DNA from: Octopus sinensis
Lineage: Eukaryota
DNA length: 64,000 nucleotides
Assembly (NCBI RefSeq): GCF_006345805.1
Contig: NC_043014.1
Coordinates: 39,122,001 to 39,186,000, forward strand
Direction: 5' to 3'
Below the pieces are notes generated by a model. The model did not search any database and was not told where the DNA came from. It saw nothing but the letters and a program-made list of their open reading frames with translations. Positions within the stretch are counted from its first letter, which is position 1. Each line of letters starts with the position of its first letter. A program made the position numbers and the translations under genes. Positions 49,954 through 63,753 of the stretch are shown here, piece by piece.

Positions 49954-50558
49954 AGTTGTTTTATCTCTTAATGGTAAATAAAAGGCACTTTAACTATGAT
50001 CTATTTCTTCTGTTATTTATTTCATGGACTATGAATTAACCAGCATGCAATCTTCCTTCAAATGCAACTGTAATATCCTGATAACACAAATGACACTTAT
50101 TGCTTCAATTCATCCATCACACCTTGTTTGAAAACTGGTCTAGGTTGATGACAAATAGAGCATTTAGCCATAGTCAAACCCAGGTAAGCATAAAAAGTAG
50201 ACATTAAAATGATGATGCTGATGATGATGATGTGTGTATGTGCACATGTGAATTTTTACGTTCTGCATCCTCACGTGAAACAGAAAAAATGGTGACATTA
50301 TGTTAATGTTTCCTGTCAACAAATCATCCTGTAGCTCTGTGCTTTCAAAATCCTTTACTTGAAAAGCAGTTAAAGGATTGCTGCAGGAAGAGCCTGGGGC
50401 TATAAAGTGATGCTTCAATAAGTATGTTAGCCGTACTTATTATATGCTAGCATAGAAAAATGAATGTAAAGCAAGCCACCGAATGAACAAGTAGTGAATG
50501 AGAAGCTAAATAATTAATTTACAATGTGTTTATATTCGAGATTAAAACTTAAAAGAAT

Positions 50559-50862
50559 GTGGAGGCACATGGCCTAGTGGTTAGAGCAGCGGACTTGCGA
50601 TTGAGGGATCATGGGTTCGAATCAGACCGGGCGATGTGTGTGTTTATGAGTGAAACACCTATGCTCCACGCGGCTCTGGCAGAAGGTAATGGGGAAATTC
50701 TGCTGACTCTTTCACCACAACTTTCTCTCACTCTTTCCTCCTCCATCTTGCAGCTCACCTGCGACAAACCGGCGTACCGTCCAGGTGGGGAACCTATATG
50801 CCAAGAAACCGGGAAACCAGCCCTTTGAGCCAGGCATGGCTTGAGAAGGAACAAACAACAAC
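50559..50862 (+). mobile_element. SINE family C
   Basis: A box tggcctagtgg, B box gggttcgaatc. Confidence 0.85.
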
Positions 50863-50957
50863 GACTTAAAAGAATGGCTGGAAGAAATTAATGTATTTTC
50901 TATGAGGAAAGGTGTATAACAGAATCAAAAGACCAAGTTTTTGGAAACATAGCAGCA

Positions 50958-51306
50958 TTCAAACTCCACCTGTCTAACATCCGTGGACTTATTTACAAAG
51001 TCAGAAAACAGCACAGCTCCCATGACTTTCAGAAACATTTTTTCACGCTAAGAGTTGCTGAAGTATGGAACAAACTGCCGGCATCAGTTGTTAGTTGTTG
51101 GAGCACTGCATTCTTCACTACTTCCATGCTTCCTGAGATTCACCAATACTACACCTGATTTTCTCCCCTCCATACACATGCAAGCATGTATCTGACTCAT
51201 ACACTATTCACTTTCCAGACATTTGTACATTACTACATATGCTTTATATACACTTTTGATAAGTTGTAGTGCACCTGAGCACTGTATACAATAATTTCAT
51301 TATTAT
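50958..51306 (+). mobile_element. CR1 3' fragment
   Basis: Matches other CR1 copies. Confidence 0.85.
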
Positions 51307-51644
51307 ATAATAATGAAATAACATTCTTGTATATCAAGGTCAGGATAGAAATGAAAACAAAATATATAAATTTAAATGTTTTTTACATAAACAACATATA
51401 ATTCCTGTTGATAAGAACAAAGTTTCTAAAAGAGATGAAGAAATTTGAAGGATTGCTTTGGTCCAGTGGCAGAACATCTGTTGAGTTTACAGATGGGAAT
51501 TCAAATTCCACGAGCAGCCCTCAACTTTTTCTATCTGAAAGTTTTTTTAACCCAATATTTAGATACTGTTATTTATAGCTTTATCTGCTTCAAGTTCGAC
51601 CACAAAAAACTGAATTAGATATGTTTGCTTTAATGTATCTTCTT

Positions 51645-51952
51645 CTTCTCGCCCGTTTCAAGCCTAGCCAGGCTCATGGGCCTGGTTTCCCAGTTTCTGT
51701 GGCGTATGTGTTCCCCCTAGTTGGACGGGACACCAGTCCATCGCAGCGTTACTCAAGAAACAGGAAGAGAGAGTGAGAGAAAGTTGTGGCGAAAGAGTAC
51801 AACAGGGGTCACCACCACCCCCTGCCAGAGCCTCATGGAGCTTTTAGGTGTTTTCGCTCAATAAACACACACAATGCCCGGTATGGGAATCGAAACCGCG
51901 ATCCTCCGACCGTGAGTCCGCTGCCCTAACCACTGGGCCATTGCGCCTCCAC
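51645..51952 (-). mobile_element. SINE family C
   Basis: Reverse complement of family C. Confidence 0.85.
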
Positions 51953-52270
51953 TTTAATGTATCTAGGTTATACATTCATTGCAAATGTATAGTAGAAATG
52001 CTAGAGCTTCAGACAGTATACTTTTTATGTCCTAAGTTCAAATCCTGCTCAGGTCCACTTTGCTTTCTCATCTTTCTGAGGCCAATACAAGGTTCTTAGC
52101 ATTACTACAGTACAATGACAGAAACAAGTAGAAGGTGAAAAGAATACACACACACACACACACACACTCACACTCACACACACACACACACACACACATG
52201 CATGCAGATTGTTTTTCTGGTGTTGGTCAAATGATGCAGACACTTGATGAGACCCTTATAAGAGTCAAAA

Positions 52271-52458
52271 ATATGGTCTTGAGTTCACCATATGGTCTTG
52301 GGTTCACCATAATGTCTTGGGTTCACAATATGGTCTTGGGTTCACCATATGGCCTTGGGTTCACCATGTGGTCTTGGGTTCACCATATGGTCTTGGGTTC
52401 ACCATATGGTCTTGGGCTCACCATATGGCCTTGGGTTCACCATGTGGTCTTGGATTCA
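52271..52458 (+). repeat. 19-bp minisatellite, 10 units, derived from the SINE B head
   Basis: atatggtcttgggttcacc units; the last runs into gtctcactg and SINE B to ~52785. Confidence 0.9.
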
Positions 52459-53989
52459 GTCTCACTGTGCAGCACTGTGGGAAAGTATCTTATACTACAG
52501 CCTTGGGTCAACCAAAAACTTGTGGATGGATTTGGCAGGCAAAAAATAAAAGAAGCTCATTGTATATGTATTTACACATGTGTGTGACTTTGTGCTTATC
52601 CCACCACCACTTGATGACTGGTGTTGGTTTGTTTACATCCCCATAACTTAGCAGTTTGACAAAAGAATAAGTACCAGGCTTGCAAAAAAATAAAATAGTG
52701 GGGGTCAATTTGTTTGACTAAACCCTTCAAGTGGTGCCCCTGCATGGCTGCAGTTCAGTGACTAAAACAAGGAAAACGAAAGGTAGAAGATAAAGATACA
52801 TATTTATCTAAGGATAAATATCCTTTTTATATATTCTATAAACACAATCAATAAATGATGTCATTCAGATTTATGAAGCTTCTTGACCTTTTCCATGAAA
52901 GCCTGGTATTCTATTCTATCAACCAACATGCCATACGTAGAAAAATATAAACAGAAAAAAAAATGTCACCATTTCCTAGCATGGAAAGAAGGTGAAAAAA
53001 AAATAAGCAGAAGAAGAAAAATGAGAGAAGAAGAAAATAGGGAGAAGGAAAGTCAATTAGAAACACAGACAATTGAAAGCGGAATGAGAAGAATGAAAAG
53101 AAAAGAGAAACAAACATAGGTGATGAGAAAAGATAGTGAAAAATAGGTGACGGATTAAGAAAACGCTGGATGACATTAAAATCAATCAATATTTACTTAT
53201 AAAACAAAACTGCGATAAACTGTGAATTACTTGACTTTTTGTAATCAGATCGTTTCCTTCGATGGCTTTCGAAAGAAGAAATATGTCACAACTGAAGCAT
53301 AGTAATCTGTTTGTTGGCGACAGTGTGGCTTCTGAACAGCTCAGTACTCAGCCTGCTCTTGTCCCTCTTGTCCTATTACCAAACTAGTTTATTAAAACAC
53401 ACACGCACACACATAGTTGCAGGAGCGGCTGTGTGGTAAGTAGCTTGCTTACCAACCACATGGTTCCGGGTTCAGTCCCACTGCATGGCGCCTTGAGCGG
53501 GTGTATTCTACTATAGCTTCAGGCTGACCAAAGAGAAACAAGGAGAGAAAAAAATGTGTGTAGTGGCTACATATGTGTGTATGTGTGTGTGTATGTATGT
53601 ATGTATGTATGTATGTACGTATGTATGTATGTATGTGTGTGTGTATTTTGTGAGAAATCAAGTGTTTGTATAACATACATACTTAGAGTAGAAATTTAGC
53701 TCTTGGATTAATTTTGTGATCGCAACTGAAAATACAGGTGTTTTTAGATGTGCTTCATAAGCAGAGTTACCTTCCTTGGCAAAAAAAAAAAAGACAGGGA
53801 AAGAAAATGACAATGCCTTGCAATGCCATAAGCAAGATTTCTTTAAATTTTAACTGCCTGTACAAAAGATAATGGTAGGGACCATAGCCTTCGTATGTCC
53901 TATTATACAAGGCAATCATAATAGTTAGGTCGATTTGTTGCATGATTTCTGTATAGGAGAATCAAGTGGAAATTTGTGAGAAATATATA

Positions 53990-54213
53990 TTAAACCAATG
54001 AAGCTGGAAGAGGATGCAATTGTAATACTATTGACATAAGAGTTTGCATTTAGAGAGAAATAGAGAAATACTGAGTGATTCAAGAGAGTGAATGAGAGAA
54101 GTTTTACCCAATATTGAGGTTATGATCTTGGGAATTTTGCCATATATTTAGCATATTCTTCATGCTTTGAATCAATATACCAATTCAATCAATAAATAGT
54201 GTTGTTATGCAGG
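53990..54213. repeat. Old dispersed repeat, inverted relative to 59316-59525
   Basis: cctgcataacaac..attgattcaaagcatg..gatcataacctcaa shared; possibly a LINE RT remnant. Confidence 0.6.
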
Positions 54214-54449
54214 AGTTTGTGATTATATTTGTAATATGTTGAAAGCAAGGGATTTAAGGAATGGTTTTACTCTTGCTTTTGGTGGTTAGGATGTGGAAGG
54301 ATTTCTGTTTTTAAAGATGGTTGGGTGTCATTTGGCTGGGATTTAGCAACTATTTCTAGCAGCTCAAGTAACCATAGAAAGGCTTCTTTGTTGGCTTCCT
54401 ATACACTTTGTTGAAGTGTATAGATGTGATGTCTATAGATATAATATGA

Positions 54450-54710
54450 AGACATATGACTTAGTGGTTTCAGTGTTGCACACATGATCATAAGATTGTG
54501 GTTTCAATTCTTGGGCCAGGCAGTGCATTGGGTTCTCGAACAAAATACTCATGTGGGTCCAGTCCACTCAGCTGTAAATGAGTTCCAACAACAAATGGGA
54601 AGTTAGCCCTTTGACAGACTGATATCTCATTCAGGAGTAGATGTGTTGTAATCTCAGTCACTTATATGGCATAGAAACTGAACTGGGCTCTGATCTGATG
54701 AGCCCAAGGG
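54450..54710 (+). mobile_element. Older tRNA-headed SINE
   Basis: tgacttagtggtt head, gtggtttcaattc B-box-like, ccagtccactcagctgtaaatgagt body. Confidence 0.5.
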
Positions 54711-54837
54711 TTCTTGACAGATCTAATCCCAGCTGGATGTGATGGTTATTTAGAAGAGGCAAAGTGAAGTATATCGCTTGGCATTTTATTGTCTTGGCAA
54801 ACTCTATAACAATAGAGACAAAAATAATGAACTGAAA

Positions 54838-55195
54838 TCATCATCATCATCATCATCATCGTTTAACATCTGTTTTCCATCCTAGCATGGGTTGGATGGT
54901 TCAACTGGGGTCTGGGAAGCCAGGAGGCTGCACCAGGCTCCAGTCTGATCTGGCAGTGTTTCTAGAGGTGGATGTCCTTCCTAATGCCAACCGCTCTATG
55001 AGTGTAGTGGGTACTTTTTACATGCCACTGGCACAGGGACCAGAGGAGGCTGGCAACAGCCACAATCGGTTGGTGCTTTTTACGTGCACCCAGCATGGAA
55101 ACCAGTCAAGGTAGCACTGGCATCAGCCACGTTCGGATGGTGCTTTTTATGTGCCACTGGCACAGGTATCACAAAAAACAAATTCCATTTGATAT
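54838..55195 (-). mobile_element. Retroposon family D
   Basis: (cat)n tail and standard core. Confidence 0.8.
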
Positions 55196-55324
55196 TTGGG
55201 AAAGGTATGGTGTGATAGTTAAATTAATTTAAACCAGGTACATATCTAATTCTCGAGCAAATAAAAATGAGTAATCCTGCAACAGACTGGTGTCTCATCC
55301 AGGGAGGAATATATATATATATTT

Positions 55325-55735
55325 ATAGGTGCAGCTGTTGTTGTATGGTAAGAAGCTTTCTTCCCAACTACATGGATCCGGGTTCAGTCCCACTACATGG
55401 CTCCTTAAGCAACTGTCTTCTACTATAGCCTCAGACTTACTAATGTCATATGAGTGGATTTGGTAGATGGAAATTGAAAGAAGCCCATCGAATATATATA
55501 TGTATATATCTATATGTATGTGTTTATCCTCCTACCATTGCTTGACAATTGGTGTTAATGTGTTTACATCCCTGTAACATAGTGGTTCGGCAAAGACAGA
55601 CCGATAGAATAAGTACTAGGCTTACAAAGAATAAGTCCTGGGGTAAATTTCTTCAACTAAAAAAAAAACTCTTTAAAGTGGTGCTCCAGCATGGCCACAG
55701 TCAAATGATAGAAGCAAGTAAAAAAGTTAAAGAAT
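55325..55735 (+). mobile_element. SINE family B, degenerate
   Basis: Similarity to 17183-17590. Confidence 0.75.
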
Positions 55736-56290
55736 ATATGTCACAGGAACTGGGACACTGGTCCTTTGCTCCTTAAGGAACAATGTGAACTAACCATATA
55801 ATTTAAAGACATCTTCATAAAAACTTTTGTCAGGATTATAACAAAATTGAACATTGTCTTATCAGTGAGCACAAAACATGACTGCTGATGTACCAAGGTC
55901 CAACAGAATTCTTTTATATAAAAGTACTCAAATTCTTTAATAATTTCCATAAAAATTTAATACAAAGGGACTTGTCCACAGAGATATTAAAAAGAGGCAC
56001 ATACTGGATGGAATAATATAAGAAACTATGAATAAATACCATTCACTGCACAAAACTAGCTTCTGTTTCATTAAAATAATTTACAATCTGCTAGGGTGGG
56101 GGTGAGGCTCATCATAAAACTTACCAAGCAGGATGTTTGTAAAACACCATTCAGTAACAGGAAGTATTGAGCTACAGAAGTGGGAAAAATATCACTAATA
56201 CATACCAATATATAAAGTTACAGATATTTTACTGAAGCTCTCTAAAATCATGATCATATTGAAAATTAATTAAATATATGTTCTTGAAAT

Positions 56291-56676
56291 ACTCTTTTAC
56301 TCTCTCTTTTACTTGTTTCAGTCTCTTGACTGCGGCCATGCTGGAGCACCACCTTTAGTCGAACAAATCGATCCCAGGACTTGTTCTTTGTAAGCCTAGT
56401 ACTTATTCTATCGGTCTTTTTTGCCAAACCGCTAAGTTACGGGGACGTAAACACACCAGCATCAGTTGTCAAGCTATGTTGGGGGAAAAACACAGACACA
56501 CACACACACACATATACGAAGGGCTTCTTTCAGTTTCTGTCTACCAAATCCAGTCACAAGACTTTGTTTGTCCCAAGGATATAATAGAAGCCACTTGCCC
56601 AGGGTACCAAGCAGTGGGACTGAACCTGAAACTATGTGGTTGGTAAGCAAGCTACTTACCACACAGCCACTCCTGC
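56291..56676 (-). mobile_element. SINE family B
   Basis: Full-length reverse complement. Confidence 0.85.
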
Positions 56677-57669
56677 ATTTTTTTTACACATATTTAAGTA
56701 ATTGCATATTAAAATACTAATATTAATTAATTTCTCTTTAGAGCTTCAGTTAATGTGAAGTGTCAGAGATAAAGAAAAGGGAACTCTATTTCACAGTCTT
56801 TGAAGATATCAGGACACTATTTTTATCTCCAAACAGATCAAGTTACCAAATCCTGTCCCACTGACAACACTATTACAGCATATAGCCAAGTCAGTGTTAA
56901 CATATTTAATGTAATGAGCATAAAAAAACCCAACTGAAAATAATTATGCAATGAAAGAACGAAAGATTATTATTGACTTAATAACTGATATTTTAATAAT
57001 TTCAGTAACTATGGAAGACAACTCTTAAACTGTTTCGGTCTTATTAAACTTCTTCAAACAAGCAATGGAGATGGTGTCCCTGAGTAACTTCAGTGATTAT
57101 TTTTAATATATATATATATATACAACGGTGGTGCCCCAGCATGGCCACTGCTTTCGGGCTGAAACATTTTTAAGGATTTAAGGATTTAATAGATGTAGCT
57201 GTGTGGTTAAAAAAATTTGCTTCTAAACGACATGGTTTGGGGTTCAACGCTATTACATGGCATTTTGGGCAAGTGTCTTCTACTATAGGCCTGAGCTGAC
57301 CAAAGTTTTGTCAGTTGATTTGGTAGAAGGTAACTAAAACAAGCCCTTCCTTGAGCGTGTGTGTGTGCTTGTACCTTCTTTGTCTTGGCATCACACAAAA
57401 ATTGTAAATCAGTGTCCCTGTCATATAAGCAGTGTCATTCATTTCCACTATTCTGTGGAAACATATCTGGCCATAGGGAAATATTATCTTGTTTGGAAAG
57501 AGATGAATATTGGTGACAGGAAGGGCTCTGACAGTAGAAAATCTACCTCAATAAGCTTTGTCTGAGCCAAGCAAGCATAGAAAATTGGATATTAGGATGC
57601 TGCTGTTGACACCAACGCCACTACCACCACCACTGCTAATGCTGCCCCCAATTAATTTTCATACCTATT

Positions 57670-58159
57670 AGTGTACGGGTGTAACCAGTCCACTTATGCG
57701 TGCCTTTCCTTCATTGGACACTAAACTCTGCTTGTGAAGACTTGTTGAGGCAAGTAAAATCAAAATCGAAATCAAATTCGATGACTGGCATCCGTGCTTG
57801 TGGAGCGCTGAGAAAACTATACGAGTGAGATTGGGGCCAGAGCAATCAAGCTGGCCTCCGTGCTGATGGCACGTTAAAAACACCATTCGAGCGTGATCAT
57901 TACCTGCATTGCCTACTAGCACTTGTGCTGATGGCATGTGAAAAAACATTCGAGTGAGGTCATTGCCAATTCTGCTGGACTGGCTGTTGTGCAGGTGGCA
58001 CATAAAAAGCACCATTTGAGCATGGCCATTGCCAGTACCGCCTGACTGGCCCTCATACCAGTTGCACATAAAGGCACCCACTACACTCTCGGAGTGGTTG
58101 GCATTAGGAAGGGGATCCAGCTGTAGAAACTCTGCCAGATAAGATTGGAGTCTGGTGCA
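57670..58159 (+). mobile_element. Retroposon family D, longest 5' extent, 3' end lost at the mariner
   Basis: Matches 42368-42951 reversed. Confidence 0.8.
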
Positions 58160-58710
58160 GTTTGTGCCGATTTATAGTAGCTTACCTTTCGACTTATTTT
58201 AGAACATGGTTGAGTCCATAAAATAGGATTTGACTACACCTCCATTTAGAGCACAGTTTCAGCTATCTTTTCGTGGAAGAAGGTTTATTTTCCTATAACC
58301 TGTGTTAATTCTGTAACCCTTTAAAATGAAGATAAGAAAGTTCATTTTCGGCACTTGATGCTTTGGGAACCAGACAAAAATTGCTGCAGCTCAGCTGGGA
58401 TGTGTTACCCCCATCCTCCATATTCACCAGATATTGCTCCTTTGGATTTCCACTTATTCAGATCTCTGCAGAATAGTCTGAATGGTAGAAATTTCAATTC
58501 CTTGGATGATGTAAAAAGATACCTTGATGAATTCTTTGCCATGAAACCACCTCAATTCTGGAAAGAGGGTATTTTCAAGTTAAGGGAAAGATGAAGATGC
58601 ATTTGAAACAAAATAGTTCATATTTGGTTGATTAAAAATGTAATGGCAAGTATTTATTGACCTTTTTCTTTCCTTTAAAAATCAGCATGAACTTTCCAGA
58701 CAACCCAATA
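58160..58710 (+). mobile_element. Internally deleted mariner, same deletion as the 45-kb copy
   Basis: HPPYSPDIAPLDFHLFRSLQNSL; right TIR catgaactttccagacaacccaata. Confidence 0.9.
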
Positions 58711-58746
58711 GAACTGCTTGAAATAGTAGCTAAATCCCAACCAACT

Positions 58747-59203
58747 TTAACCCTTTAGCATTCACAATATTCTGTTAAAGGTAATGCTTATTTATTCACA
58801 TTGTTTTGAATTAATATGCATTATTTTGTAGCTTTGAGATTTTGATAATGTAACGGTTAATTTTTAGAAAGATATTGCAGGGTTGGCATGAAAAATCAGA
58901 TCTGGCCAGTATGAATATAAAACAGGTAGAATATTTTGGCCAGATATGGCTGGTTTAAATTCTTATTTCTTTACTGCCCACAAGGGGCTAAACACAGAGG
59001 GGACAAACAAGGGCAGACAAACGGATTAAGTCGATTATATCAACCCAGTGTGTAACTGGTACTTATTTAATCGACCCCGAAAGGATGAAAGCAAAGTCGA
59101 CCTTGGAAGAGTTTGAACTCAGAACATAGCGGCAGACGAAATACCACTAAGCATTTCGCCCGGCATGCTAACATTTCTACCAGCTCACCACCTAAAGGGT
59201 TAG
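58747..59203. mobile_element. piggyBac-like MITE with nested SINE A (58961-59192, minus)
   Basis: ttaa|ccctttag...ctaaaggg|ttag. Confidence 0.65.
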
Positions 59204-59528
59204 AAGCAAATATCCTTCCATGTTGTAACTAACCCCCACCTCCCCCCAAAAAAGAACAAAACTGTATATTTTAAATTCCTTGCTTTTAATATATTACAAA
59301 TATAATCAGAAACACCTGCATAACAACGCCATTTATTGATTGAATAGGTATATTGATTCAAAGCATGGAGAATATGCTAAATATATGGCAAATATTCCAA
59401 GATCATAACCTCAAGATTTGGTTGCTACAAATTCTTTTCTCTCCAACCATTTACTATTTCTTCGGATGTAATATCCTATACCAATGGTATTACAATTACA
59501 TCCTTTTCCAGCTTCATAGGGCTAATGC

Positions 59529-60240
<712 letters not shown>

Positions 60241-61148
60241 TTCCCATGCTTTCATGGGTTGGATGGAGTTTATTAACGATTTTCTATGGCTGGATATCCT
60301 TCAGGTCACCAATGCTTACCTGTTTCCAAACAAGATAATATTGCCCCTTTGGCTAGATATGTTTGCACAGAATATTGGAAATGAATGACATTCATTACAA
60401 TAACCATGTGATGTCAAGACAAAGTGACACAAATACTCTCACACACATATCCACATATATATATATATACTTATACGCCCCCTACACACACACTATAGCT
60501 TTTTATACTGACCCTACATGCAAATAAAAGCAGTAAGCAATATTTTTCCAAGACAGGTTTGACCAGTAACCTAATAAATAGTTCTAATGCCAAAAATAAA
60601 GGAAAGGATCACATAGTTATTCCATATTGGCTACCTCTAATGAGTGTATGGTTATATAATCAGATAGTTACCAAACACTCCGTTGTACCCCTAGTGTGAA
60701 ACCAATTGTTAAGATCAGCCGTGATGGATATATAATGCTGTACACTCCAGTTTCTGTCTACAAATCCACTCACAAGTCTTTGGCTGGCCTGGAACTGTAG
60801 CTATAGTAGAAGACACTTGCCAAAGGCACCATGCAGTGGGAGTGAACCTGAAACCGTATAGTAAGGAAGCAAATGTTTTAACCACACATCCATGCCTGCA
60901 TTTATACATTTTGCACAATTCCAAGCTCATTTCTCTCTTACTGAAAACAGGGAACAATTTGACCTGAATATTAAATTTGTCCTGTATAATAGGACATAAG
61001 AAGGCTATGGCCCTTATCTTTAACCTTTGTAATGTCAAAATTTAAAGAAATTCTGCCTAAGGCATTACAATGCATTGCTTCTTCTTTTTTGTTTGTTTTC
61101 TTCTTTCCAAGGAACATAACTTTACTTATAAACAACGAAAAAAAACAA

Positions 61149-61563
61149 GAAGTGGCTGTGTGGTAAGTAGCTTGCTTACGAACCACATGCTTCCGGGTTC
61201 AGTCCCACTGCGTGGCACCTTGGGCAAGTGTCTTCTACTATAGCCTCGGGCCGACCAACGCCTTGTGAGTGGACTTGGTAGACGGAAACTGAAAGAAGCC
61301 CGTCGTATATATGTATATATATATATGTGTGTGTGTGTATATGTTTGTGGGTCTGTGTTTGTCCCCCTAGCATTGCTTGACAACCGATGCTGGTGTGTTT
61401 ACGTCCCCGTCACTTAGCGGTTCGGCAAAAGAGACCGATAGAATAAGTACTGGGCTTACAAAAGAATAAGTCCCGGGGTCGAGTTGCTCAACTAAAGGCG
61501 GTGCTCCAGCATGGCCGCAGTCAAATGACTGAAACAAGTAAAAGAGTAAAAGAGTAAGAGAGT
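61149..61563 (+). mobile_element. SINE family B, low divergence
   Basis: Full length with (aagagta)n tail. Confidence 0.9.
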
Positions 61564-62039
61564 ATTTTTGGTTGGCATTAGAAAATGAATCCAGGTGCTA
61601 AATTTCTATTCTAAGAATGTACATAATATAAATGCTTGGTTTCTTGCAATTATTCAACCATATAATCCAAACTATTGTGAAAGAATACATTGAAAAAATT
61701 CCAAATAACTATCTAAAATGAGATCTCTATATATCATGTTAATGGTCTCTTTTAAGCATAAATTTCTCTTTGACTGGCAGAATCATGATGAAAATTTATA
61801 CTGAGTTGCATCACAGCAAGAATTCATTAGAGAAAAGTATGGAAGTCTATAACCTCATAAAAATTTTAGAATCTTGGGAGATGGGTAGATAAGCTAGAAG
61901 TAGATTTATATTCCATCAGTGGTATACACACACACACACACACCCTTTAAGGTGGTGCTCCAGCATGGCCATAGTCAGATAACTGAAAAAAAGTGAAAGA
62001 AAAAATGCTTCTGAAACTCTGCTTTCTTTATAGGTAGGG

Positions 62040-62215
62040 GTGTTGACATTAAACAAACTCATTTTTAACTCTGGGATGAAGTGGTCTGTATCAGTCTGGC
62101 CTTTATCCATTGACCTGTCCAGCATGAGAGCCCCTCCCAAGATCTTGCACTCAGCTGTCAAAGCTGTCAGGGTCAGCAAGGCGTAAAAGCTACCACCCCA
62201 CACTAAGGGTTGGAC
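62040..62215 (-). mobile_element. Possible RTE 5' UTR remnant
   Basis: Reverse complement gggaggggctctcatgctggacaggtcaatggataaaggccagac resembles RTE/Rex3 5' regions (recalled). Confidence 0.35.
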
Positions 62216-62626
62216 CTTGAGATGGTTGTTGTAGTATCACATACCAATTGTCAATGAATAAAAGAGACAGAACTCCAAGGAATTGTAATCTGTCTGTTAC
62301 CAATAAAATAATTAATGGTTATACCCTGGACCAAAGACTTCTCATGGCTAAGATATAAATTGGTAGTTTGTTTTGTGAGTCAGTATGTATGTCGCTACTG
62401 ACTGAATGAATGTCAGTCATGAAGAAGTATGTCTGGAATAAATGATGGTGATGGTGATGGTGGTGGTGGTGGGAGACATTTCACTACAGTTACAATAGTA
62501 ATGTAAAGGGCATGAGCCAATGAAAGAACTACAATAAGATTGCTCAACCTATATGAAAAAATATCAGCGGAATCTCAGTTTTATACAACAGCAAAAAAAA
62601 ATGCAGGAAATGTTGGACACTGTAGT

Positions 62627-63047
62627 TTCTTATTTCTTTACTGCCCACAAGGGGCTACACACAAAGGGGACAAACAAGGTTAGACAAACGGACCAAGTCG
62701 ATTATATCGACCCCAGTGCATAACTGGTACTTAATTAATTGACCCTGAAAGGATGAAAGGCAAAGTCGACCCTGGCGGAATTTGAACTCAGAACGTAAAG
62801 GCAGACGAAATACCGATTTCTTTACTACCCACAAGGGGCTAAACACAGAGAGTACAAACAAGGACAGACAAACAGATTAAGTCGATTACATCAACCCCAG
62901 TGCATAACTGGTACTTAATTTATCGACCCCGAAAGGATGAAAGGCAAAGTCGACCTCGGTGGAATTTGAACTCAGAACGTAAAGACAGATGAAATACCGC
63001 TAAGCATTTTGCCCGGCATGCTAACGTTTCTGCTAGCTCGCTGCCTT
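62627..63047 (-). mobile_element. SINE family A, dimeric
   Basis: Two body units, head at right. Confidence 0.85.
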
Positions 63048-63453
63048 GTAGTTTCTGATATACATATAGTAAAGCTGGTTGTAATTGGAATGTCTTTCAT
63101 CAAAGACTGCAGGATCACTGGATTGAAGCAACTATGAGACTAAACTGCAAGGGAGCGTTTACATCATCACATGAAATGCTAGGAATGGCAACTAAATCTC
63201 CCTTAAATTACAACCCTGTTGCCTAGAACAAACAGGAATAGCATACTGGACAATACAGTCTTCATATGTCTGTTGGATCATAGCTGACTTTCGGATAAAC
63301 AACTAGATATACTACTACTTACAACTGTGTATTAAATTCTGAATATGGGAGATACATGGAAAGAACTCTACATAGATGCTCAGTCAGTTGTATATATAGC
63401 AGCCAAATCTTCCTCAAATCAGACTGAAGGTATAGGTTGCTTACAATAAATGT

Positions 63454-63753
63454 GTGGAGGCGCAATGGCCTAGTGGTTAGGGCAGCGGACTCGCGGTCGC
63501 AGGATCGCGGTTTCGATTCCCAGACCGGGCGTTGTGTGTGTTTATTGAGCGAAAACACCTAAAAGCTCCACGAGGCTCCAGCAGGGGTGGTGATCCCTGC
63601 TGTGCTCTTTCACCACTCTTTCTCCCACTCTTTCTTCTTTTGGCCTGCTCGCTTAGCCAGCAGGGTGGCGTCATTCAAAGGCTAAAATAATGCGAACGCA
63701 TTGTGACCAGCGATGTGTAACAACATCTGATGGTCAGGTTGGTCACGTGATCA
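63454..63753 (+). mobile_element. SINE family C head with an alternative 3' tail
   Basis: A and B boxes intact; the sequence after ctctttcttc differs from the other C copies and ends cacgtgatcac. Confidence 0.8.

Noticed and set aside
47641-50186. Downstream exon candidates (47641, 48347, 50045-50186)
   Set aside because: Some have good splice signals, but none extends the E12 frame unambiguously; the gene's 3' end is left unresolved.
54695-54711. CTGATGA-GCCC-AA-GGGT hammerhead-like start
   Set aside because: There is no GAAA core after stem II; it is part of a SINE tail hairpin.
57670-57730. HDV-like ribozyme at the 5' end of family D
   Set aside because: P1-, P4- and CUAA-like elements can be drawn, but P3/P1.1 do not fold convincingly by eye; a covariance search on the family consensus is needed.
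63454-63530. tRNA gene (also at other SINE heads)
   Set aside because: A and B boxes are present, but there is no acceptor stem, and each head continues into a SINE body.
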